A stretch of DNA of 63,983 nt, counting the filler, from Basidiobolus ranarum (taxonomy: Eukaryota), in assembly GCA_040143965.1 (NCBI GenBank). It is 3 parts of 3 records of this genome, joined end to end, with 100 filler letters (N's around TTAATTAATTAA, not from the genome) between each part and the next. Parts side by side here need not be neighbours in the genome. Positions count along the whole stretch, not along the records: positions 1 to 23,609 come from JASJQH010007039.1; 2 more parts are not named here. One strand, written 5' to 3'. The position numbers and the translations under genes are program-made. Of this stretch, positions 1 through 16,862 are shown piece after piece. How positions within the stretch are numbered: the stretch's first letter is position 1; each line of letters opens with the position of its first letter. The notes beneath the pieces are model-generated. The model was not told the origin of the DNA. It did not search any database and was given only the letters and a program-made list of their open reading frames with translations.

Positions 1-859
1 TATGTTCAATATACTCTTCAAGATTTCTGAACTGGATACTAAAGCTAAAGAAATGAAAACAATCGGTAAGTTGCTCGATCTTTTCGCGTAATATCTAACA
101 TTAGTAACACTATATAGAGTGTACTCGTGGTATTGTATTTGCTTGTGTGTCACAATTCAATATTGATAGTGAGAATCCATCACATTCAATAACAATGGCT
201 GAATGGTAGTCTATTCCTACAACATTAATATCAACATTGGTTCTCATGCTAATTCTTTTACCTGAAAACAGCAAGCACTGCTCAGCCAAGTTTCACTACC
301 AATTACCTGGGGAATGTTGTCCCGAGTGTGAAAATCCACCAGACAGATACTTTTACCAATTAACTCATCAACTATCGTTCATTGATGATACTGCAGAACT
401 ACATAGTCCATTGATAGATGAGTATGCCATTACAAAGTTGATTGGTTACCAGGTATAGTTTCTTCCCATACCATATGACCAAAGAGCATTACAGTAACTG
501 GGAATATGCACCTCAAGCCTGAGGAATTTGCCACCTTAAATTCCCATGAAAAGACTATGCTTAAGGTTGGTCTATTGTAGATGAAATAGAAGAAATCCCC
601 ACGTTACTAATCAATCAATTTCTTTCACTATATATATAGTATTCCATTCTATTCGAAAGATTTAAAATATTCTTCATGGTAAAGTATTCGTTACAGTAGG
701 AATATTACATCTCACTCCTATTAAAATTATGAGGAAATGTTGTAGATGTACAAGAATGAGGCCAAACAAACCATGGAGATTAGAATAGTTGATTGTGAAA
801 AGGCGAACTTGGAAGAGATGTTGAACCTTACTTACTTGGTATCAGAGATGTATTCATGA
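1..859 (+). CDS. MEIOB: MEIOB-like meiotic ssDNA-binding OB-fold protein, 3' part (5' end outside window); exons 1-65, 118-205, 272-452, 518-565, 640-678, 746-859
   Basis: GT-AG splicing keeps frame: ...CTRGIVFACVSQFNIDSENPSHSITMAECKHC...CPEC...LSFIDDTAELH...LIGYQPEEFATLNSHEKTMLKYSILFERFKIFFM...MEIRIVDCEKANLEE...*. This is a C-terminal OB fold with CxxC/CxxC zinc ribbon; the EEF..K..LK..L.ER.KI segment resembles MEIOB as I recall it rather than RPA1. Confidence 0.8.
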
Positions 860-1563
860 ATACATGAACTGTTTGATTTCTTAACACTTGCAATAATGAG
901 AATATAGCCTGTATAGTTTATAAATTCGATGATAAATTTCAGTTTCATCTAAACCATCGAATTTAGGACGAATATATTCTGGAATAATATATACCCGATT
1001 ATCAAAGAGATTCGATTGATTTTGGAATCTTTTGGGTGGACAGTACGATAGAGAAAGACTTGGAATTCCATAATTGGATTGTTTACTTTTTCGAAAAGAA
1101 TACCAATTGAGCAAAAACAAATAACATCTCATATTACATGAGGACAAATGAAGTTCATAAAAAAAAAACGAATGAATGAAAAATTGGATTCATCTGTAGG
1201 ATTTTAATACCAGGAAAAATGATGCTAATAAAATATGTTCAAATATATGAAACGAAGGGAGATGCTGAAAAGGGTTTTAGGTTTAACTATTAACATGTTA
1301 ATATCGAAACTAAATGAATTGATTCCAGAAATGGGGAAGGGGGTAAAAGTTTGAAAAAAACCAAGTGGACAAGCACATTCGCATATATATATATATAAAT
1401 AAAAAGAATGAAAAAGTCTACAAAAATCAACCGAAATTTACACGTTAATAGGGAACATGGAATGCATATGATATTGAAGATAATGCGATGAGTAAAGATG
1501 ATAGAATATGATATGAGAAGGATAGAAGGAAATGGAAACGTAGAAGGATATACACTCAATTCA

Positions 1564-4294
1564 TCAGTAATGAACCTGTGAAAATCGTTTCATTTTCTCA
1601 GTAATCTGTGGAGATACTTGAGAACGAGTTTCAGCTAAAGGTATGAATGCATCTTTAACGTTCCCTTTTCGCGATTGAATTTCATTTCTAATCAGAAATC
1701 CTCCTTCCTCAGTACGTTGATTTCTTCGTTTTATCGCTTCTACAAGACTCTCCTGGTTTACATAAGAGAAAGGAGTCGCTTCGGAACCACGTGGCATTGG
1801 TATAGTACTATTGTGGTTAGTGAAGCGGTTTTCGGGGGTTGGTTTAGTCGATGGAGGGAAACGTGAGCTCATAGGTGACTCTGGTACGGTAGTAGGTGAT
1901 TCGGTTAGTTTAAATGCATTAGCATCATCAAGCGAAGTCAATGTCTTAGGGCTGAATAAGACTTCGGGAGCAGATGCACCAACACTATGTCGACCTTTTT
2001 GTCGAAAAGAGAAAGAAGATCGTTTACTATTGTAATTGATATCGGATTCACTATAACGACTTCCAAGACTAAGATGTAAATGTTGTTTGATATTTCCCAG
2101 GGTATCGCGAATTCCATTGTTATTTTGTTTATCTACATACATATCTTCCTCAATGCTACCCGGGTTAGAGGAAGATGAGGAGGATAGTGCGGAATGTTGC
2201 GATGTGGTAGAACCTATGCGATCACTTGATTTTTCCGTGGTAAGTTTCTTAGGTTCTCGTCTAAGACTAAGTTCATCCACTTGACGTTCAGGTATCCATG
2301 TACGCGTTAATATATAATGTGTGATCACTTGTTGTATTGTGTTCAGATTCTCTTCGTTAGATTCTTTTTTTCTTCGTAATATGTACATCTTCTCCCAACT
2401 GTTCGATACAGACTCCGATGATGTGCCAAAGCTAAAGAGTTTAGACTTGGATTTAAGGTATCCAGGAAGTGGAGTAGTTGGGTATTTAGGACCAGCCAAA
2501 TAACAACGAAGGACTCTAAGTAACTCTTGAACTCTAGGATCTTCAACAAGGGAAATCTTGTGATCAGGATGTAAGTAACTTGGAAATGAAGATGTAGGAG
2601 TTGAAGCAGGAGATATGGGTGAGGTGACAGAACCGGATTTCTTCACTGCTGCCAGTAAATAAGTGATATCCATAATGAATACTCCAAGGAAAGGTACAGT
2701 TGGTTTAGTAACTGGTACAATGAGTCGATTTTCAATTCCTTGCTTTTTTAAGGTATTTCCATTGATCATGGTTTCTCGATATCTGCCATAATTATCCTTT
2801 TCACTCATTAAGTCTGACAACGTTTCCAGTCGAGTTAAAGTCTTTTTAGGGATACATGCCCAAGTACGTTTTAATCGCTGAATGGGTGGAGTTCCGGTGG
2901 CACTAAGCACTGCTTTAAGTGTTTGGAAGTTGTTTAGTTCGTAGAGTCTAGTAGCAATCTTGGCCCAATAGTTGAGGGTTTGGGCTCTATGAGATGCTTC
3001 TGGAGAAGACAGTATGGACACCTCAATGATACGAGTGAGGTAATTGAAGAAGTCAGTAGATGCCACGATACTTGGATGAGGTGTTCGTGGTGAGTGGGTC
3101 AATAACGCTTCCGCTGGGATCCTTTGGAATAATGCTGACTCTATCAGGGTGAGCTGGTAAGCTACAAGATACGGTGAGAAGGAAGTAATACTATTGGTAG
3201 TAGCAGCCAGTTGCATGAGACTATTCACTTGACCTAAAGTAGCTTGAGTGGTAGAAATGGTGGAGCATAACCTTTGAGCTGCTTCAGCATTATCATCACT
3301 GTATTCTTCCGCGCCCTTATTTGAAGTACCCATCTCAATCATCATATCGTTGGCATTCTGTAATTTTTCACTTAATGTACCAAATGAGGTGATTAGAGGT
3401 GACTTGGGTATATGAGGCGCATATTCGGAGGCCCCATTCTCTTCAAGCGGAGGTAGAACCAATACAGAAGGATCAACACAGCCTTCGGGTACGATGTTGA
3501 TGTACGATTGTTGAGGTATCGACATGTTGGTCTGGATGGACAGAGGAGACGTATCGAAAATCCTCAAGTTGGGTGAATCTGGGGGAGACATAGAGAGTTG
3601 AGGTGACACTGGTGACCGTCCAGCATCAGAATCATCGTATAGATCTATGAAGTGAGCACGCGGAACTGATGGAAATAAGCACAAGTTGAGTTTAAAATCT
3701 ATCTCAAGAGTAAAAACAAAACAAATACATACTTTTGGGAATATCTATATGAAGGGGGGAAGGTTTAGCTGACGTTGTTGTTGGAATTACCACTGGTCTT
3801 GGAGGTAGAGGCTTTCGCTTGGGAAGAAAGTCAGAATGGCTCACATCACTCGACGATTGTTTATTGTCTTGCGATTCTGATAGGTGCATAGAGACTCTGA
3901 GTGGTTTAGGCGGGATGGCAGGTTTTTGTGCAACATTCTTTTCCAATATCTCTTGCACCTCGTGTAGAGATTTTATACAAGTATCCAACAAAAGTCCGGA
4001 TACTGGGGGCTTTTTAATGATAGCTATAGAAACAGGCAGAATTAGAAGACTATTTCGAACTCAAGATAAAATCATAAACAAAAGAACCACGTTTACCATT
4101 ATCATGAAAGACAATATTCCGAAGATTTTTTAGGGCAGTGTCGAGAACTTCAAAATATGTATAATAGGCATCCTATAACAGTTCAAAGTTAGTTACTAAA
4201 GCCTTACTTGAATTCACTTGACTAATCAAACCTCAACAAATCCTTTGGATAAGCAAGAGGCAGCCTTTGAAACGAGTGGTTGGATTTCATCCAT
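1564..4294 (-). CDS. RasGEF (CDC25-domain) guanine nucleotide exchange factor, about 4 exons
   Basis: CDC25 motifs LVAYQLTLIESALFQRI, LYELNNFQTLKAVLSA, PIQRLKRTW, NYGRYRE, PTVPFLGVFIMDITY in the large last exon (1564-3665). Upstream exons begin MDEIQPLVSKA at ATG 4294 and include PxxP motifs KPAIPPKP and KPLPPRP. Confidence 0.88.
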
Positions 4295-5230
4295 ATATAC
4301 AAACGTATGTGAGAGAGTAGAGTTGAGGGGGTATGTTTGTATCAGTTAAAACACTATTTAGAGAGAATGTTCAAGAAAATAAACCGAGAATTGCAAGTAA
4401 AGAGATAAAATAGTTATCAAGAACTCGTACAAGTCGAGAAGGTAATAAATAAATGGTGTATAGGAAGAAGCAAGTTATTTCAAATCGAGAAGTGTTTTGC
4501 CCTTGAGGGTCATTTTATTACGATCTATGATAGCAACCACTAAAGTTGACTTTGATTTGATAGACAAGATCAAGAACTATCGAAACATGAATCACTACAC
4601 GGGAGTTTATCATGCGTTTCTTGGAAATTTGGGTGCACAATTAATGTTACTAAATCCAGTTATGCGCGTGATCAGAGTTGGTATCCCCTAAACCTTAGAA
4701 CGAATGGACCCATATATTTGCAGTATATGAAAACGTGTATTACGACGACGGTCCAAAGTGGAAATAGACTTCGAGAACGGAAAATCCAATTTTCACCGTT
4801 TCTCCATTGGTAAACACAATGGTTCTGTGGCTTGGATTCGCTCTACTTTCGTTCTAGTATGGATGTTACAGAATCATCTACACCGACTCCTATTCTGGAA
4901 ACCATTTTCTTAATTTAACAGCAACATGGTGACTATAGATTCTGGTGATCTCAGTAATCTCGTCACCCAAGAAATGACTCACCGAGTGCGATCATCCTAT
5001 GTTCGACAATGTGTTTGATTGTTTCGATCAAATGCAACCTTATTACTTTTACTTTAAGCAGAAATGCTCTTAATTAAGCTTGAAAATATCTCATCTATCT
5101 ATTTTTAGAACAACTCTTCGGTTATCGGTAAAGTTACGGTAGTTTTAACCAATTTAGACTAACCATATGATTTCCCACAAGAGCGATCGATAAATACTAT
5201 TTCCACAGTAGTACGAGAAGCGACTGTCGT

Positions 5231-7840
<2,610 letters not shown>

Positions 7841-8126
7841 CTCAGTGAATGAGTGAAGAAAAAGTGGTGAATAGGGAATTTGAACACTGGTGATTAAATT
7901 ATTGTAAATCAAGTAACGGTATTTTTCTTTATTTATTGTTTAATTTCCAGTCAAAGTTCTTATAGCATTTAGGATAGGTGCTTAATAATTCATTACTCAT
8001 TAAGGATCATTTTAAGAATGAAACAATTAAGATTATTCGGATATTTTGGTGTATGCTTAGTAAAGAAGAGTCAAGAGAAATAGAAATAGAAATTTTAGGT
8101 GACTTCCTTTGGTTATTAACTTACTA

Positions 8127-9614
8127 ATGAGGAAAAGTTTAAACCAAAGTTGTTTGAGAGAAATATTTGTATGGTTGAAGAAAGATGCCATAACTTTGTA
8201 TCAATGTTGCTTAGTACAAAATGACTGGCTTCAAGCTGGAGCACGAGAACTTTATTCCAATCCGTATCAATATTTTACTCCCTTATTCGAACAAACTCAA
8301 CAACTTCGAGCACTATTATTATTTCAAACATTTTTGGAGAGCACTCTCAAAACTAAAGAAAACCTGAGCTCAGAAAACACCAAGGAGCCTTTACTTGACT
8401 ATCTTTGTCTACTCAGAAGTGTGGACTTGACCTGGTTCAAGAGACTGCTATTAATATACTGTCCGGAAGAAAACCAAAGAGTTTTACACCAAGATGTGAT
8501 TAGAAGAGTATTTCAGGTCTACATGAAATATCCAATATCTGTCAGACACTTGGTTCATACGCAAACATTTCAACTTGAAGAACTCTTTCAAAATCCCTTA
8601 GCTCTGAGCTCATTAAGTAGGTTGGAGATTTGCTGGAGGTTTCTTGAGACACAAACAGCCAATGAGTTCCTTCAGCTAGTCTCACTCAATTGTCAACAAC
8701 TTACTAGTTTGAATATTAACTTCAACCGTTCGATATCGTTTGAATTACAAGGGGTGAAGGAAATTTTAAAGAAACAGACTCACGGTACTTTAAAGACTTT
8801 CAGGTTAAGAAAGATTCAATTACGACCCAAACATCTAGATGAAATAATGGATGGCTTATTAAGTGGACCGAAGGATACTTTACTGACACTTGGCTTGGAG
8901 CAATGCACTTTATTTCCGGGTAGTTCGCTGGAAAAAGTTGGTAAACTCCCCAACTTGCGTACTCTGGAGTTTGGCTTTTGTTATGGGTTATGTGATTCGC
9001 ATCTGACTCATTTGGCGGAGTCTTGCTCTAATCTAAGAAATCTCAACCTTTCCCATACATCGATAACCATCACCTCGGTTAGAGTGATCATCGAAAGACT
9101 GGGTAGTCGACTTAAGAGGCTAGATGTTTCATACCCATATAGAGTTGATCACTCTTTGGATTCATGTATTCCGTTACTTTCACAGAATGCCAAGAACCTG
9201 GTTCAATTCAAAATGAAAGGTATCAGATATGGGTATCCAGCTATTGAAGAGCTAATAGAATCCTGCGCCAATCTTCGCTCGTTGAGTCTGGGCACACCTT
9301 ACCGACAAGAAGCAAATCTGGCTGACCGTCTATTAACTCGAATTATTTGCAAATGTTCTCAATTGCGAGAATTGGATCTGGGCAACACCAAAATCACTAC
9401 CAATGGACTAAACGCGCTCTCAAAAACCAACCTAAAGCTGGGTGAGATTTTATGTGTTGGTTTAAACTCGATAACAGCCAATCAAATGTATCCTGAATTG
9501 AATATAGAAAGCAATCCTTTCTGGGAGGAGGAAGAGGAGGAAGAAGAGGATGAACACTCGGAGCAGGCTTTCTTGTTGCCCTCTAATTTCTTCACAAAAT
9601 CTGGCTCCTTCTAA
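8127..9614 (+). CDS. F-box-like / RNI-type leucine-rich repeat protein, intronless
   Basis: N-terminal LNQSCLREIFVWL..LYQCCLV..W F-box-like segment; LRR units (CSNLRNLNLS, CANLRSLSL, CSQLRELDL); acidic poly-Glu near the C-terminus. First ATG at 8127. Confidence 0.8.
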   Translation: MRKSLNQSCLREIFVWLKKDAITLYQCCLVQNDWLQAGARELYSNPYQYFTPLFEQTQQLRALLLFQTFLESTLKTKENLSSENTKEPLLDYLCLLRSVDLTWFKRLLLIYCPEENQRVLHQDVIRRVFQVYMKYPISVRHLVHTQTFQLEELFQNPLALSSLSRLEICWRFLETQTANEFLQLVSLNCQQLTSLNINFNRSISFELQGVKEILKKQTHGTLKTFRLRKIQLRPKHLDEIMDGLLSGPKDTLLTLGLEQCTLFPGSSLEKVGKLPNLRTLEFGFCYGLCDSHLTHLAESCSNLRNLNLSHTSITITSVRVIIERLGSRLKRLDVSYPYRVDHSLDSCIPLLSQNAKNLVQFKMKGIRYGYPAIEELIESCANLRSLSLGTPYRQEANLADRLLTRIICKCSQLRELDLGNTKITTNGLNALSKTNLKLGEILCVGLNSITANQMYPELNIESNPFWEEEEEEEEDEHSEQAFLLPSNFFTKSGSF

Positions 9615-9712
9615 CATACGAAAACCATTATATATACAAATCATATAGCTTTTAATAATTTAAAATCTTGTACACTATCTAATAAACTTGTGTTTAGCCA
9701 ATATCCCAGCAG

Positions 9713-11988
<2,276 letters not shown>

Positions 11989-12352
11989 GTTGTAGCTCAA
12001 TACCTAATTATCTTTTTTGGAAATATCTGTGGCCTTTCTATATCTTTGTTCTCTCTTTCTCGACACCCTTAACTAATAAAACGACAAAGGTGATTGCTTT
12101 ACCAATGACTTAAGGACAGATTCATAAAGAAGAGAAAACTAAAGTTGGACTATCAAGTTTACTTATGGAGAAGAACGAAGAGAGTATGCCCTCTCAGTGA
12201 AGCTAATAGGAAATAGAAAGCAAGGCGCCAAATACGGAAAGGGAATGCATAAACCTGCTCTGTGATCGATATAGCCAAATCACAAATCCTATTTAACATA
12301 TGAACATCTCTAGACAAAGAGAATATCCCAAAATATACGGGTATTATTAACT

Positions 12353-12808
12353 CTAATTATTCGTCGGTGGAGAAATGGAGTGAGTGTTGGGTGGTGGAGT
12401 TAGGTATCTTCCGTATTTACTCTTTTGAGTGGGTTTCTTGGGAATTTTTGGTAACGAAGCACCATCAGGAGTAATTCCATATTTCTGTCGAATATGATCA
12501 CCAGCTCTATAAGTGCTACTTCTCTTGACATTAGAATCGGCCTCAGACATGTCCACGACTCTGGCGGATTTCAAGTAGAACTTGCGTAGAGCCCAGCATA
12601 TGGTCAATATCAATAAGCCTAACAGAACTATGCTAAGTAAAATTATCCCAGCGATTATCAAAGCTTGATTTAGGTTCGTTCGGTCGTAAATTATTAACGA
12701 GGAGTTTGGATCGATATTGACTGAAATGTCTTCACCACCAGCATCTATGGGACTACCGTGCACCTGAATCCATGCACCAATCAATCCGAAAAAGCCCAGA
12801 AGTTTCAT
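12353..12808 (-). CDS. Small type I membrane protein of unknown function
   Basis: Signal-peptide-like MKLLGFFGLIGAWIQVHG, one strongly hydrophobic TM (ALIIAGIILLSIVLLGLLILTICWAL) followed by basic RK, then a basic/Pro-rich tail; intronless ORF. Confidence 0.7.
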   Translation of the reverse strand: MKLLGFFGLIGAWIQVHGSPIDAGGEDISVNIDPNSSLIIYDRTNLNQALIIAGIILLSIVLLGLLILTICWALRKFYLKSARVVDMSEADSNVKRSSTYRAGDHIRQKYGITPDGASLPKIPKKPTQKSKYGRYLTPPPNTHSISPPTNN

Positions 12809-13222
12809 GCTGTAGGAAAGCAAAAGTAATCAAATGATGATGAAGATGATATAGGCCTGCTACCAACAAAATCCACCTTTACCTCTGGTGTGAACAGTTA
12901 AAGAGAAGGGATCGACAGGCTTAAGATGTGACTACATTTCCTGAGCACCCCACATTTATAAGCGCTTGGTTGAATGAGCTTGGTTGAATGGATTCCTCTA
13001 TTTTCCGAGGCGATTTTCTCCATCCATTGTTATGGCCAGATAATATATTATCTATGCAACCATCCCCCCTCTCGCTTGTCCGCATTGTTTCCCAATGAAC
13101 CCCATGTAGATCCCCTAACAATACATTTGTATAATATCCCTTATGCTTTTTATTAGTTCAAGCCTGATTATTTAAAAGTACAGCTAGATAGGGTGTATAC
13201 ATTGATTAAGCACCAAGAGCCT

Positions 13223-14725
13223 TTACGTTGAAGCAATCCGACTGACATCCCTCCAGGTCTTGATCATGGTGGGTGAAAGATAATTCTCAAACCTCGCGAC
13301 CAACTCTGGAGAATAGGTAGATTTGAGAATGGTCATGAGTTGACGATGGAATTGTGTGGATGGGGTGTAGAGAGGCTCCGAAGAACATGGCAAAGTAGAT
13401 GTGCCCAGAAAGTCAGACTTCCAAAGCTCTAAGAGTTTGCCAAGGGTGCGTACTCGCTCTCTCTCCAACATGGTGGGCTTCACTTGGAACGTTGTGGGCA
13501 ACACTCCGCATATAAACTCCTCCATAGACTTCCCAAATGATCTCAATATCTCCAGATCGACGATATCAAGGAATTGAATGATAGGCAACGTACGATCTTG
13601 CCATAAAGCCACACTCACAAAAAACTCCACCATCTCAGTGTCGGGACTTTCTTCATTCAGTAATTCGTCGAATCTTTCGAGAAACCCGTGCTCAGTCTCA
13701 TTCAGAACCTTTTCCATTTTACGTTTTCGTAATCGGCTAGTCACCAATTCGTAAAGGAATTGCTCGGAATCTGGGATTTTCGTGAGTAGAATCTCCATCG
13801 AACTATCATTCCACCAAGCGTTGGGCGAAGCAAACATCTCCCGAATAGCTTGTTTGGTTATGTCGGAAAGATCTTTGTTCGTTATCGCCTCGGACCAATT
13901 CTCTTGGATGATCTTTAACACCGGTGCTAAACCATCATGACTGGCAAAATAGGTAAACACATTCAACAATGTATCCTCCGACAACTTTTTACACAGACCG
14001 ACTCGTTGAAGATTACTCAGAAGGTCATCTCGTTCCTGCGGGTGGTCGTATTCGTTCGTTAATAGCGCACAGGTGATGTGGGAATCTAAAGTGCTCAGGT
14101 AAACTTGATTTTTTATCATCATTTCAACCACAGGCGCTCTTGTAGATATCAGATGAATCATAAAGCCACCAATCGATTGACTCAAAGACACTCGACTGTA
14201 TACAGCCAGCGAGAATGTGTGCCACAAACTTTGGTAAGTAGGTAGCGTCCGATAGTGTGTCAAAAGGTCGACGGTTTTCTCAATACTAGGATCTTCAATT
14301 CTTTGAAACGGTTTTAAGAATTGATATGTCATCAAACAATCTCTATTCAGATCCTCTTCGGTATATTTTAACAAACCCTCCTCCAGAATCATTCCAACAT
14401 CATTCCAGGGTAAAGGTTTTCTATTGAGGGAGTCTTTACTGACTTGTGAGATGATCACTTCATGTACGTAAACTTGATAAAACCATACATCATCTTCAAC
14501 ACCTCGCTCAAGTAATCTCTTGTATATTTTGTAGGTTAAAAAAGGCAAGTGTCGCTTGGCAACTTGCCACAAACCATGGACTCCATACTCGTTAAAATAA
14601 CTTTCAACCCTGATCAAAGGATCTTGCGATATGCGATAAAATCGACGACACACTGTGGCATACCAAGGCGGATGAGCTAGGTAAGTGAACACTCGTTCCA
14701 GTATGTCAGTATGAAGAACTTCCAT
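13223..14725 (-). CDS. F-box-like hypothetical protein, intronless (about 500 aa)
   Basis: Long ORF; N-terminus LHTDILERVFTYL..YATVCRRFYRISQDP is F-box-like; remainder unrecognised. First ATG at 14725. Confidence 0.7.
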   Translation of the reverse strand: MEVLHTDILERVFTYLAHPPWYATVCRRFYRISQDPLIRVESYFNEYGVHGLWQVAKRHLPFLTYKIYKRLLERGVEDDVWFYQVYVHEVIISQVSKDSLNRKPLPWNDVGMILEEGLLKYTEEDLNRDCLMTYQFLKPFQRIEDPSIEKTVDLLTHYRTLPTYQSLWHTFSLAVYSRVSLSQSIGGFMIHLISTRAPVVEMMIKNQVYLSTLDSHITCALLTNEYDHPQERDDLLSNLQRVGLCKKLSEDTLLNVFTYFASHDGLAPVLKIIQENWSEAITNKDLSDITKQAIREMFASPNAWWNDSSMEILLTKIPDSEQFLYELVTSRLRKRKMEKVLNETEHGFLERFDELLNEESPDTEMVEFFVSVALWQDRTLPIIQFLDIVDLEILRSFGKSMEEFICGVLPTTFQVKPTMLERERVRTLGKLLELWKSDFLGTSTLPCSSEPLYTPSTQFHRQLMTILKSTYSPELVARFENYLSPTMIKTWRDVSRIAST

Positions 14726-15767
14726 GGCCAATAGTTTTGAATAAATTAAAGCCTAGATGTTTCTATTGTTCTTTAAAAACAATTGAAAATTCCTTTATAA
14801 TACAACATATATAAACTCCAACGGTTTACCTTTGCTCTCCAAGAAAAAACTAAGTCACAAGAAAGCAAAAACAATAAAGGGGGATGGATTTTCAACGGTT
14901 CAACACGATAGCTAACCCTCATCGATCATCGTTTCGCTATAAAGTTGGGTTTGTGCTTAATATTCCAGCTACACAAACTATTCCATTTTGAGTTGAAACC
15001 AGATAGCCAATCATATCGATAGTTTTGATTCAGATTTACTTATTTAGGATGCAGGGCGACCATGTGGATAAAATAGTTGTTTAATAGGATGCATAACTTT
15101 ATGTAACATTCAATCAAGTACAATCTTAAATACGTTAAGGCGCCTTCTCCAACTGGTGATGTAGTGGATGAAGGTAATAATAGATGGCAATAGTGGGTAG
15201 TGGTAATGGGTAGTAATATTAAGCAAAGAAGAATCTCACCATGTTTCTGTCTCTTATTAGCTACGAGGATGGATATGTTAGTTCGATTTATCTAGAGTTA
15301 TAGTTATGTTAACGTATGATATTGGAGGATATGAGCGATTAAGGCGGTCAAGCGCTTGTGCATTGATATATTGAGCGAGTTATTATAGAAAGAGCTGCGG
15401 GTCAAGTAATACCTCAATTTAGTATCTTTAATCGCGATTCTATTTAACTAAATTTATATATGGAAGCGCAGTAATCATTGTTTTGTAACACCATCAGCTA
15501 TATGTATATATATGAGAGCAACATAAAGGAGAGCAACACTGCCTATTAATCCGATTGATTGGTAAATGGTGTCTTATTATGAATTTGCTTTTGGCATGTA
15601 TAAGTTGAAATATGGTATACATTTGGGTATACATGATGAGGCTTCTAATGAGGGAACAGATATGACGAATTTCGTGACAAATTTCTTTCAATATTAACGC
15701 ATATTAATGAATAGAATTAAATAGGGAATTGATAGAATACTCTGGTATAACTAATTCCAAAGTTTGT

Positions 15768-16862
15768 CTAGAAGTAGGACATCACTCCCATAATAGCACT
15801 GAGGGCTAAGAGGGATCCGGTCACTTGAGAAGCTCCAGAGTTGGCACTCTGGGCAGTGGCAGCGGGGCCTGCAGAAGTTGAAGAGGCCTTGCTGGCACCA
15901 GTTGCTGAAGAGTTGGGGCTCTTGGTTGAAGAGGCAACAGCGCTGGTGCTAGAAGCAGAGGCGGAAGCGGAAACACTGGCAGTGGTGGTGGAGTTCTGAC
16001 CATTTTGGTACATGGGACCACCAATGCAGGAGTTGGCAAGGACAAAGTGGAATCCATTAGCAGCCAAAAGTTTCTCGATTTCAGGAACCTTCTTGACAGT
16101 TTCAACATGGATGTCATGTTGAAGAGAAACGAATCCAGGGTCATTGTGGGCGTTGAGAACGGTACCCTTAGTGATGGCATTTTGGAAAGAATCCAAGATC
16201 TTGGCTGGATCTTGCTTCTTAGCAACAATATCCCAATCCAAAGTGTCCATGTTCCATAAAAGGTTCTTATAACCCATAGCGGTGAAGACTGCCTTGACTC
16301 TGTCATCAGCTTCACCGTAGGGTGGGCGAATATATGCGGTTTTGGAACCGGTAACATTTAGGATGGCATCCTCAGTGGCACGAACTTCAGCAACGATTTG
16401 CTCGTTGGAAATAGTCATCAAATGAGGATGGGACCAGGTATGTTGAGCAATCAAATGGCCAGCATCATGGGCTCTTTTTACTACTTCAGGGAACTTGATA
16501 ACTTGAGAACCGATCATGAGGAAGGTAGCCTTTACATTGGCAGCATCCAAGATGTCCAGAAGCTCGGTAGTATGCTCAGATGGCCCGTCATCAAAAGTTA
16601 ATGCCCATTCACCCTTCTTGCAACCATAGATATCTTCAGGTCTAGCGCAGTTTCCGCAACTCTCCCAACATTTCTCGCATTCGTTGGGTCCACAAGTAGT
16701 ACTAGCGCAGATTCCAGCTCCGACTTGCTTTGTGGGGGTGTTGGGGACTTTGGATAGATCGTACTGTTTAGTCCATGTAGGGTTGATAGGGGCTAAAGGA
16801 TTTTGGGCAATGGCTTGAGATATACAAGCAGCAATGAGGAAAGAACCAGCTTGGAACTTCAT
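15768..16862 (-). CDS. Chitin/polysaccharide deacetylase (CE4, NodB domain), secreted, probably GPI-anchored
   Basis: Signal peptide; Cys-rich N-region; motifs TFDDGP, HTWSHPHL, RPPYG, DTLDW, LQHD; Ser/Thr/Ala linker and hydrophobic C-terminal GPI-type signal. Confidence 0.95.
   Translation of the reverse strand: MKFQAGSFLIAACISQAIAQNPLAPINPTWTKQYDLSKVPNTPTKQVGAGICASTTCGPNECEKCWESCGNCARPEDIYGCKKGEWALTFDDGPSEHTTELLDILDAANVKATFLMIGSQVIKFPEVVKRAHDAGHLIAQHTWSHPHLMTISNEQIVAEVRATEDAILNVTGSKTAYIRPPYGEADDRVKAVFTAMGYKNLLWNMDTLDWDIVAKKQDPAKILDSFQNAITKGTVLNAHNDPGFVSLQHDIHVETVKKVPEIEKLLAANGFHFVLANSCIGGPMYQNGQNSTTTASVSASASASSTSAVASSTKSPNSSATGASKASSTSAGPAATAQSANSGASQVTGSLLALSAIMGVMSYF

Noticed and set aside
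881-1559. ORFs 881-1147 and 1290-1559 on the minus strand
   Set aside because: They lie in the AT-rich convergent 3' region between MEIOB and the RasGEF, the track's starts are non-ATG, and there are no recognisable motifs.
15821-16601. Overlapping alternative-frame and antisense ORFs within the deacetylase (and similar ones in RasGEF, IRE1, CHS, MED12, RIM4)
   Set aside because: Shadows of biased codon usage in real genes; no independent evidence.
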